A stretch of DNA of 63,362 nt from a virus, in the IMG/VR virus record IMGVR_UViG_3300045988_114118. One strand, given 5' to 3'. Made by a program: the position numbers and the translations under genes. The notes under the pieces were generated by a model. The model made no database searches. It was given only the letters and a program-made list of their open reading frames with translations, and was not told the DNA's origin. Of this stretch, positions 17,501 through 22,712 are shown piece by piece; position 1 is the stretch's first letter, and each line of letters opens with the position of its first letter.

Positions 17501-19021
17501 ATATTTAAGGAGTTCATGGATAATGGAGGGGCTACTGGATATACGTTCGTGGAGACGCAAAAAGAATACGCCAAGGATTTAGCGAACAAGTTAGAGAAAC
17601 TTTCGGATGGTAATATTGGGAAGTTATCCCCCAAAGAACTAGTCTCTACTGTTTTTGAGTGCTTTGAGTTCATGGGTAACGTAGCGGAACTTGTGAACCG
17701 ATATGCGGCGTATAAGACGAGCCGGGAACATGGAAGATCCATTGACCGGTCAATCAATGATGCCAAGGAGGTATCGGTTAACTTTAACAAGAAAGGTGCC
17801 GGAAAGAAAACGAAGAGCGATAAATGGTATATTAACACAGCGGCGTGGATATCTGAGTATGGAAGAGATTGGGTGTTGTTCTTTAACGCCGCCGTTCAAA
17901 GCATGTATAAGGAATATTCCATGCTGATAAATCATCCAATTAAAGGAATAGGTTCCCGTATTGCCCCACTAATATTCATGGGATCGTCTGTCTCGTTGCT
18001 CAATAATATGTTTATGCCTATGCTCTTCGCTTATTTGGGATGGGATAGCGATGATGATGATAGGGATTATTTTGATTCATTGAGCGATCATGAGAGACAG
18101 AATAATATATGTATTCGTTTGACTCATGGTCGTTGGCTCAAGATTCCGTTATCTCCGGAGCTTGCCAATTATTTCAAGATCGGAGATATAATTGCCGGGC
18201 AATTATCCGGTAAAAGGGAAGTGGAGGCTATGGATGTCGTTAAGACAGGGATTGATATGGTATCCCCGTTAAACATAAACTGGGAGTATGATAGTTGGAA
18301 GTTCGCTCTAAATCTCCTGCCTACGGTGGTTCAGCCTATCGCCCAAAACGCCTCTAACGTGAATTTTATGGGTAATCCTATCTATAAGACCTCGATGAAT
18401 AAGGCTAATGATTATGATCCGGAGTACACCAAGGTCTACAGGAGTACCAGTACCACCATGGTCGAGTTGTCGAGGGCGCTTAACTCGTTGACGGGTGGCG
18501 ACGATGTCAAGAGAGGTCTGAGCTTTAATCCGGCTACTTGGCAGAACATTTTTTCCGGATATACGGGAGGTTTTGGTACCGTAGCCTTGGGTGTGTCTGA
18601 TTTAGTCCTTGATATACTGTCCGGAGAGGATGGAGATATGCCAGTGAGTCGTTATCCACTGTTAAGCCGTTTCTTGACCGGAGGGGATAAGGATTTGAAG
18701 CTGAGCCGGATGAATTCCATATATAACAAGAAGGTCGTAGACTTTGTCTCGGAAATGGATCATGATTACAAAGGGTATCTAGAGAAGTCCATGGACCCAT
18801 CTATCAATATTCTTGACAGGGCCGAATATATCGTAAAACTTGAGAAGTTTATGAAAAGTGATGATTTCAAGAAATCTCAAGAATTATCTCAATACGTGAG
18901 AGCCATATCCGATATGGAAAGGTTCCTTCGTGAGGTAGGTAGCGATAATGATTCTCTGGAGAACCAAGTGTACGAGCTGAAGCTACGAGCGTTGGAGATA
19001 TTTGAGGATTCAGATGAGTGA
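8525..19021 (+). CDS. giant multi-domain 'polyvalent' protein (3,498 aa)
   Basis: uninterrupted 10.5-kb ORF; contains PPase-like, ART-like and HExxH modules and C-terminal hydrophobic helices. Confidence 0.95.
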   Translation: MDSNIKHLYDTMISRGYTGLGDFSNFEGKMKDSGKRKLVYDHLMQDDYFSEIGDFSKFESALGYLPVERKDYVSQSRANPAPIALRQEADVPMKDQSEYVNPWTNSPDYNFESLRKKGKIETATPPPPTEYEKDSSFMNSWVADFIQRTGGQGLNLLGGGFGFLDKATKDVSNMGLGTYGGMFGDSAKLLKEAGQKLMDKGDRHKEKSFTDLWKEGDYAGSISNLFMEGGSMIIPQIAAAMATGGTSAAGLMGASVYSDKLDQLDESNPDMPELAKRVNAISTSAFELLSEKLSLGPAVKWLKGVYNSKGKDVAQKELAGAIENILGKAYKDAGLLFAPVWEGVTEAASQIAENITDKVTGADPDKNISDGVFEAFGYGVAGGAPIGLIGYGKNKYDNYKYNKMSSPEPSTNSSKTDQGVNTTPQFTKSIIDDAFEQGRNMSDKGDLRDLSLQMEASRTALTEKNPNLAIRMEQYIDNGASENQINEMLKGVDNETRELAYDFYINTQKIKGVEDKSIENINNEVDSYMSDNIIPYVSISPNGRQVISTATFKEGLENKKVYIRSINGDNVIISDNGNNRMVPMSSLSDIEENDVEQIRNSYRQQLLVTRQSELDMAMNHNPKTQLPKPGLVIWNGDNAFILQGQDENGDWIAQPAAYDRETGQVTAKNGSSPAMPITENEILDLQDAIYDSQQVNVVSPEDDNVASADAEITSAPPVEDAINQPTSEIETEGAIDQIAQPSNVENPSMVMREDGTPDFVSSGTDMTLDFLHDKYGDKMPRKIEVTRKSFDESLKKASDALEKAQEAYDDAPIGKEDKAEAALIKARQEYEAIKVEADFWANLDDDIKEASKKPGDVIAKEISVMGDPMSGEELAAMMLANGAIKLTRDSYKKETGAGNNETARMFGLFASPEKGGVNIERAGEILELADRENGTNFFDENDTNAGRDAIIEVLSSAHTRGDLIDYVKRNREAIAERERQAEYNAYAEWCEENYHMSPEEYEAYEESMARDFSEKQLTDEERGELNSQIMDEIQAIIDEQNEIDAILAQNKPIENENIEGNDESGGDGLREGGGEVLPREQLDQTGGTGEVEGRESAGPDIDRTDGATQEGSSRGLVSFVAPSPKENETPLDYAERIVEAKRLHEEELKVDTNPTEAQKEAGNYKKGHIKINGFDVSIEQPVGSVRSGKDASGKEWSQVMNNTYGYIRGTESVDGDHIDVFLGPDMNSDMVYVVDQVNTDGSFDEHKVMMGFSSLEDARSAYLSNYGEGWQGLGNITGVALDEFKKWIDSSIRKTKPFSEYKGIKREEDIAPRKVKKLSLVDKDDYITSAERKHIKAFLESGLKEARVNNSIYEISNIGDDGVYEIVRRFNYTDPLTLVKDENGKLVNKRGEGEHVIRVKPTFEETRPDSGIRFRETRIIPEEENIIKKAKSDGSYMKAPNGNPTNLNEKQWVQVRTKAFKEWFGDWENNPEDASKVIDENGEPRVVYHGTYSDFNAFDESHLGDVTNLNATNEDWAKTSHIGFWFNDNKIGFYTKHKPVFLNVRNPLEFASMESLVDEMSYYDSGEDFKRSNSDGYDSVIVLEDEEMGGRSYSVFNDNQIKSATENNGGFSSHNDDIRFREVKDKNGEKSLVGLHNISEEKLRKALRQGGFANPSAAVIDISRQSHTGYGSISLVLPSSMIEKRTGKNAGTWSQDAWTPIYPTIERQFSGKGSDAFSKDLQKLPEEMRSTTKSGMDSYMDGRGEDSLAYMYLYEQGKAPELARTKPSYPEKTRTEVEDATNGSFSMSGLSDKQLSRLKDAYMEYKGFSTEGYNEAIKLRRAKLEEAIGKMNPRSILYEKRKTDLERIDKYGFDYSAVESFMKSVRDDISNSDKVDAHGTMRDSWNFIEENGMRGDFNKWLDKLNERYGIKEIIFNGFTPSGIRKYIPNTLENVSKFMKKQGRSASVGIGASFQNFAASLLDAKGSLKDIRKDKGKLTTDHADVDAFRDKWSKVFHELGEKLQPDAKGYDDYGLYRLAEAARSKDPQKYIKEEYGIDFSDEDVKTLNEMVDAIRNEYPAMYFETKFERPVYLEEFAAAVVPDNVDGDIRKAIYDAGLKIFTYKADDEISRNEAVKQASEIDGVRFRSIGDKGADNLNKAETIESSINDWSTKLNTPVRVIHDVDDINDTDENMLARKRDSKGWYDTSTGEIVIVSSNSTSVGDAQRTFLHEVVGHHGLRELFGDDFDTFLDNVYRNANEDIRKNIIDRTKGNPLNLREATEEYLAELAERGFDNKVDRSLWEKIKDAFLDMLRKAGISLDFKLSDNDLRYILWRSYKNLEQGNLMDVAEDTVMRNDLGVGDFSVRFREAKTEVENEEPLNKEMVDAWDKVASSDSFKFKEAMVDSLTAIDEFLKLLAKKTKSKILDYENPYYALIALSSKNKADMDSFDSKFLNPLNEAIRALIGDVSEVSKKGLRRTWDWSKGPLRDLVKYVQSKHGIERNRDMSVRDGIETLKAFDVDALSKMGVISESDLKNAKKTAEKVAEEKGSEAYKKTYDKVLGKELKKGVDKGKAERSAEIAADYRQSFVKSEIYNKEMDKYKEKVTGTLIDRWEDSKKDILKKGLAWDEEQKELDREALSFQWKLGDNSYGVILGKDYSGLSSVFKPSEDGANKDKWLSDAYDFVRDYESTHNMVLVDNLWDKVHNVSEYTLRRQYESGLISKSYMDKNLSRFKYFIPLRGFSDNIASDVYDYIDATEIKMGNPVKTAKGRISEADNPFAGLIHVGYGSITAGNRNLAKQRFLNLASNHDTGGLITIDNIWVRNVGTEENPEWVESIPQIPDNASGEEVAKAVKDHEEMMRELREEGKAELIKGGRSDIPYKTLYDQRSQHQVQVFVGGNRYVMTVNGNPRLAQAVNGLTNPDVKDDLAYVVARNLKTFMAGAFTSKNVAFSFANLIRDTPYANNSVFVTENFRYFKDFSGNQRRALFGLRSLGRNLYKYKRGEIDISDKEQAIFKEFMDNGGATGYTFVETQKEYAKDLANKLEKLSDGNIGKLSPKELVSTVFECFEFMGNVAELVNRYAAYKTSREHGRSIDRSINDAKEVSVNFNKKGAGKKTKSDKWYINTAAWISEYGRDWVLFFNAAVQSMYKEYSMLINHPIKGIGSRIAPLIFMGSSVSLLNNMFMPMLFAYLGWDSDDDDRDYFDSLSDHERQNNICIRLTHGRWLKIPLSPELANYFKIGDIIAGQLSGKREVEAMDVVKTGIDMVSPLNINWEYDSWKFALNLLPTVVQPIAQNASNVNFMGNPIYKTSMNKANDYDPEYTKVYRSTSTTMVELSRALNSLTGGDDVKRGLSFNPATWQNIFSGYTGGFGTVALGVSDLVLDILSGEDGDMPVSRYPLLSRFLTGGDKDLKLSRMNSIYNKKVVDFVSEMDHDYKGYLEKSMDPSINILDRAEYIVKLEKFMKSDDFKKSQELSQYVRAISDMERFLREVGSDNDSLENQVYELKLRALEIFEDSDE
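12008..12360 (+). other. inorganic-pyrophosphatase-like domain within the giant ORF (aa 1162-1279)
   Basis: NTYGYIRGTESVDGDHIDVFLGP...DEHKVMMGF; DGDHIDV is one residue off the family I PPase DxDPxDV signature. Confidence 0.55.
12971..13390 (+). other. ADP-ribosyltransferase-like module within the giant ORF (aa 1483-1622)
   Basis: RVVYHGT..F..FD...GFWF...FLNVRNP...YSVFNDNQIKSA pattern, recalled from ART-type domains of polyvalent proteins; not verified by search. Confidence 0.4.
14968..15470 (+). other. zincin-type metallopeptidase module within the giant ORF (HEVVGHH at 15152-15172)
   Basis: TFLHEVVGHHGLRELFG carries an HExxH motif, with a helical region downstream. Confidence 0.6.
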
Positions 19022-19072
19022 AAAGATAGCGGGTGGCGTTTGGTGTCACCCGCTATGTATAATTTTTTCATT

Positions 19073-19705
19073 TTATTGAAATATATTACCAAGAAGCCCT
19101 AGCAAAAGAACAATTATTGATATGTAAGCAAATTCCTTTAAGGAGGTTTTTTGTCTAAATATCAACTTGAATAAGACTGCTAATGATGAAATAAAGAATG
19201 CTCCCAGTGTATATCCTAGAGGAGTGGATATTAAAAATATGTAATGACCTATGCTTTGTGGTTTTTCCTTGCTTATATCGTATAGATAAATTATTAAAAA
19301 TAGAATATATAGTATGATCCATTCCTTATTTTTCAAAAATGCCAACTTAGATGGTTTATCTGGTTCTGCTTTCTTTGAATTTACCTCATTTAAAATCGTA
19401 TAATGTTTAACCAGATCGCCTTCTGTATGTTTAAGATGATCTTTTATAAACATATCATTATTTCTATTATTATTTTCGCTTGGTGCCTGATCTGTCTTGT
19501 TCAACGATGCATCGTATTGATTTCTCTTTTCAGTGTCAGATAATGTCTCATACGCCTCTTTAATTATACGGAACATGCTATCGTCACTGATTCCTTTGTT
19601 GAAGTCGGGATGAAACTGGAATGATTTTTCTTTATACGCTTTTTGTATCTCTTCTAATGTAGCGTCTCTCTTAATTGATAGTATATCGTAGTAATTCATA
19701 GTCAT
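19073..19705 (-). CDS. J-domain (DnaJ-like) membrane protein
   Basis: YYDILSIKRDATLEEIQKAYKEKSFQFHPDFNKG carries the HPD motif; the C-terminal half has about 3 TM helices. Confidence 0.85.
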   Translation of the reverse strand: MTMNYYDILSIKRDATLEEIQKAYKEKSFQFHPDFNKGISDDSMFRIIKEAYETLSDTEKRNQYDASLNKTDQAPSENNNRNNDMFIKDHLKHTEGDLVKHYTILNEVNSKKAEPDKPSKLAFLKNKEWIILYILFLIIYLYDISKEKPQSIGHYIFLISTPLGYTLGAFFISSLAVLFKLIFRQKTSLKEFAYISIIVLLLGLLGNIFQ

Positions 19706-19875
19706 TCAAATTTATGAGTGCTTTGATCTAGGATGAGTGCTTTTTGGGATATCTTATCTACTAGAATGTATTCATTGACGCTTGAGTACCTTTGTGTCTG
19801 CACGTAATTCCATGCTATGAAAGCAAATATGAACATCAAAATCACCTTGAATATCCTGTATGTTTCCTCGCTCAT
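19702..19875 (-). CDS. 57-aa membrane protein translationally coupled to the J-domain gene
   Basis: hand-translated MSEETYRIFKVILMFIFAFIAWNYVQ...; ATGA overlap with the J-domain start. Confidence 0.45.
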   Translation of the reverse strand: MSEETYRIFKVILMFIFAFIAWNYVQTQRYSSVNEYILVDKISQKALILDQSTHKFE

Positions 19876-20048
19876 GTTTTATGTATTTAGATTTTTTGCA
19901 AAATTACCTAATCTTCACATCCGTTATCCCGCAGGAGGCATGTTTTACGGCATGTCCGTGAATTTTCCAGTAGTACTTACCCTTCCAACGAAGTATATCT
20001 CCTATGGGATGAAGCTATTGATCGTTTTGAGGCACCTGAAATAAAAAA

Positions 20049-20080
20049 CTCCCCAAATCCTCACGGATAAGGGAGCTTTT
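20049..20080. terminator. hairpin H2 (AUCC-GUGA-GGAU core) with T-runs on both strands
   Basis: ctccc-caa-atcc-tcac-ggat-aa-gggag, then ctttt on plus and tttttt on minus. Confidence 0.6.
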
Positions 20081-20123
20081 ATTATTTAACTATAATCTAT
20101 ATGAATGGTTTTCAGACAACCTT

Positions 20124-20155
20124 AAACGGTCCTATCCTCACGAACGAGAGCGTTT
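20124..20155 (-). repeat. hairpin H3, diverged copy of the GUGA-capped element
   Basis: aaacg...tcc-tcac-gaa...cgttt; the apical stem keeps pairing through a G.U wobble. Confidence 0.45.
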
Positions 20156-20174
20156 GTAATATCTAAATCCATAT

Positions 20175-20432
20175 CTAAACAAAGACATACTTAATCATCA
20201 TTGCCGATCCTCCCGGAATAGCAACGGTGGGTATATCCGTATTAAAATGCTTCCCAATACCACCCAAGGGAAGCTGGAAATATTTATTCAAACTATATTT
20301 TATGCCAATTGGCATAAATATACCTCTGGTTCTCACGAAAGAGCGGTATGACTTTGATAAAGTTATTTTATGAATACAACCTAGTGTAATATCTTTAAGT
20401 AATGACTCCAGTCCATCACGGATGAGAGCCAT
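20175..20432 (-). CDS. hypothetical protein (uncertain)
   Basis: track ORF of 85 aa; followed on the minus strand by hairpins H3 and H2. Confidence 0.3.
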   Translation of the reverse strand: MALIRDGLESLLKDITLGCIHKITLSKSYRSFVRTRGIFMPIGIKYSLNKYFQLPLGGIGKHFNTDIPTVAIPGGSAMMIKYVFV

Positions 20433-20517
20433 AAGGGGTCATAAATATATAACATACCATACTCACGTGAAAAAACGTGTAGCCGTCGCAACTACCAAGA
20501 CCCGGCATCCCAACGCC

Positions 20518-20613
20518 AACATAACAGGTAGTAAGCAACGGCCCACGTCTTATATATAGATTATATATACAAATAACGTGGGCGTATTGTTGCTATCGGC
20601 TCCCTGTTATGTT
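20518..20613. repeat. 96-nt imperfect inverted repeat with an AT-rich palindromic apex
   Basis: outer arms aacataacagg/cctgttatgtt (11 bp), inner gcccacgt/acgtgggc (8 bp), gcaac/gttgc, apex tatatatagattatatata. Confidence 0.7.
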
Positions 20614-20753
20614 TATAAATTTGGGGAATTTAGGTCTTTATAGGAGACGATATCTTTAACGCCACAATGTGTGTCACGTCTTATATTCTATATCGGTGAC
20701 AACGCGAATATACGATTTTTGTTTATTTAAACGAGAGATTGCTTATTTTTTGT

Positions 20754-21086
20754 TTATGTGGCAGATGTATTTTCAAGCGTGGAGACCCTTTCCTCTAAGT
20801 CTTTCAGGGAGATCCCTAGCGATGAGATAGACGATCCCATTTCGACCACGCTTTGGTCTATCCTGTTGATCTCCATAGTGATCCCTTTTTGCCCCATCAC
20901 CAGATCTTCAGATTCCCCCAGCTCTTGGGTTATGGATGTTTTCCTCACGTATTCCGTATCTATCTTTGCCAATAGCTGGTCGAGATTGTTTCCTTCCTTG
21001 TCATATACGGAGGATGAGGTGGTTACGTATGATATCTGGTTGCCCCACCTGTCCAGCGGTTTTCGTATTATGATCTTCTTCGCCAT
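20754..21086 (-). CDS. small protein carrying a tail-fibre-type G-x-S-E-x(3-5)-Q-K motif and a coiled-coil tail
   Basis: ITQELGESEDLVMGQKGIT resembles QEIGDSEDVSISQKTL (35521 gene) and TIGDSEVAVINQKGV (37507 gene). Confidence 0.6.
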   Translation of the reverse strand: MAKKIIIRKPLDRWGNQISYVTTSSSVYDKEGNNLDQLLAKIDTEYVRKTSITQELGESEDLVMGQKGITMEINRIDQSVVEMGSSISSLGISLKDLEERVSTLENTSAT

Positions 21087-21146
21087 GCTCGTTACTTTTC
21101 CGCTAAAGTATGAATTAAAGCGTAAATAACGTGCGGTGTCGTTAAC

Positions 21147-21166
21147 GTCGGGTAAGATTTATCGTT
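21147..21166 (+). promoter_or_regulatory. 20-bp motif copy 1 (gtcgggtaagatttatcgtt)
   Basis: exact repeat of 27668-27687; followed 24 nt later by gATATTTGc. Confidence 0.5.
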
Positions 21167-21249
21167 CCCGGTCGTTCCTGTATCCCGATATTTGCCTTGT
21201 CCGACAGCGACCGGACATAGGATATTGAAGTCAAATGCCCTGCATGGTG

Positions 21250-21280
21250 AGTCGCTGCGCCGTGTGGGGCGACTTTTTTC
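21250..21280 (+). terminator. hairpin plus T6 in the leader upstream of the KilA-N gene
   Basis: agtcgc...gcgact followed by tttttt. Confidence 0.55.
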
Positions 21281-21380
21281 ATGGAGGACGCACGAGGTAA
21301 TCAAAATAACAAAGTCGTTTTGATCTTATGGCTAAAATTGCGGGAGAAAATGATATTAACAATTTAAATATTATAGGATT

Positions 21381-22079
21381 ATGAAGACGAATCAAGAGAT
21401 GATCCGAATAATTGATAGCTTTTCTGTAATACAGAGAACGAGTGATGGATATTTTGACGGCAGTGAATTATTGCGTCAATGGAATAGCGTTTCGAATAAT
21501 CCAAGAAGGCAAATGAGTAAATTCTTGGAAATGGATACGACTAAAGAATTTATATCAGCGTTATCAAAAGATGAAAGCCAAAGAGCAAATATGCTCATTG
21601 CTGAAAACCAGTTGATTATAAGAGTTAAAGGACGAACTACCAAGAATGGTAAAACTCCCGATAAAGTATGGATGAATCCTATTTTGTTCATAAAATTTGC
21701 CATGTGGATCAATCCTACGTTTGAGGTCAAGGTTTTACGTTTTGTCTATGACGAAATGATCCGTTACCGTAATGAGGCTGGCGACGCTTATAAGGATTTG
21801 TATTCTGCTGTCAAGAAAATCGTACCAAAAGACTTCATGCCAAAAGCCATGTCTAAGATAGCCGAGGCACTTAATTGGATCGTATGGAATAATCACGAGA
21901 GGATGCTTCGTAACAAGCACGGTGACGAAAGCAAGCAACGTGAACTGTGGCAACTGGAGAAGAAGATAGCCGATCTGATAAACGAGGGATTCATTACCTC
22001 ATACGATCCGCTTATCAACTATCTACGGAAGCTTTATAATAAAAAGAATAATCCAGCGGTATTTAACCAAGCGGTATAG
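21381..22079 (+). CDS. KilA-N domain protein
   Basis: IQRTSDGYFDGSELLRQWN....TKEFISAL matches the KilA-N pattern recalled from the family. Confidence 0.65.
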   Translation: MKTNQEMIRIIDSFSVIQRTSDGYFDGSELLRQWNSVSNNPRRQMSKFLEMDTTKEFISALSKDESQRANMLIAENQLIIRVKGRTTKNGKTPDKVWMNPILFIKFAMWINPTFEVKVLRFVYDEMIRYRNEAGDAYKDLYSAVKKIVPKDFMPKAMSKIAEALNWIVWNNHERMLRNKHGDESKQRELWQLEKKIADLINEGFITSYDPLINYLRKLYNKKNNPAVFNQAV

Positions 22080-22099
22080 AAGATTTTTAATAGCTAATT

Positions 22100-22450
22100 A
22101 TGATATATAATATATTCAAGCAAATCCGTATATGGTTCGTCCTCTTGAGGGCGGACATCCAACTCCGATACGCCATAAAGGAGGCCAAGGAGAAGTACTC
22201 GAGGCGTAACGTGCGCTATTACGTGATCCCTAATTACGATCATAGGTTGATAACTTGCAACCGATCGGAGGTACGTAAATACAGGACGGACGGTTACTTC
22301 GCCCATTCTGTACGGATCAACGATTTCAACCGGGAATGTTTTTATTATACGCCATACGCCAACGGTAAAAATCCCATATCGGCCAAGGAGAGGGCGTTAA
22401 AGAGGAGGTCATGGTTGAATTACGTGTTACAGGCGAAAGGTCTTATATGA
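22100..22450 (+). CDS. hypothetical protein
   Basis: track ORF of 116 aa. Confidence 0.6.
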   Translation: MIYNIFKQIRIWFVLLRADIQLRYAIKEAKEKYSRRNVRYYVIPNYDHRLITCNRSEVRKYRTDGYFAHSVRINDFNRECFYYTPYANGKNPISAKERALKRRSWLNYVLQAKGLI

Positions 22451-22462
22451 TTAAGTGAAATA

Positions 22463-22496
22463 GAAAGGGGGTGACATTTATTTGCCAACCCCTTTC
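22463..22496. terminator. hairpin between convergent genes
   Basis: gaaagggg...cccctttc, 8-bp stem. Confidence 0.55.
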
Positions 22497-22507
22497 TTGT
22501 ATCAGGC

Positions 22508-22684
22508 TTACTCGGAAGCTATGATACCCGCGGCTCTCAAGGTCGCTAGGATGCTGTTAACCTTGTTTACCACGTCCGTTAAGGCGGCGGAACTTTCCAG
22601 ATTATCGATCTTGGGCTGCATGCCGTTCTTGAATAAATCCTTGAAGATTTCCAGCTCGCTTCTAACCTTGCTTACTTTTGACAT
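22508..22684 (-). CDS. 58-aa protein downstream of the portal gene
   Basis: hand-translated MSKVSKVRSELEIFKDLFKNGMQPKIDNLESSAALTDVVNKVNSILATLRAAGIIASE; aggaggttaaaATG upstream; preferred over the plus-strand ORF 22482-22703. Confidence 0.5.
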   Translation of the reverse strand: MSKVSKVRSELEIFKDLFKNGMQPKIDNLESSAALTDVVNKVNSILATLRAAGIIASE

Positions 22685-22712
22685 TTTAACCTCCTTTTTT
22701 TAATGTTGGTAT

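Noticed and set aside
19817-20044. 75-aa plus-strand ORF
   Set aside because: It overlaps the hand-found minus-strand 57-aa ORF, which is ATGA-coupled to the J-domain gene. The sequence is F/Y/L-rich, as expected from AT-rich DNA.
22482-22703. 73-aa plus-strand ORF
   Set aside because: The opposite strand encodes a 58-aa ORF with an AGGAGG-type upstream sequence, co-oriented with the portal operon. The plus ORF would read into the portal gene antisense.
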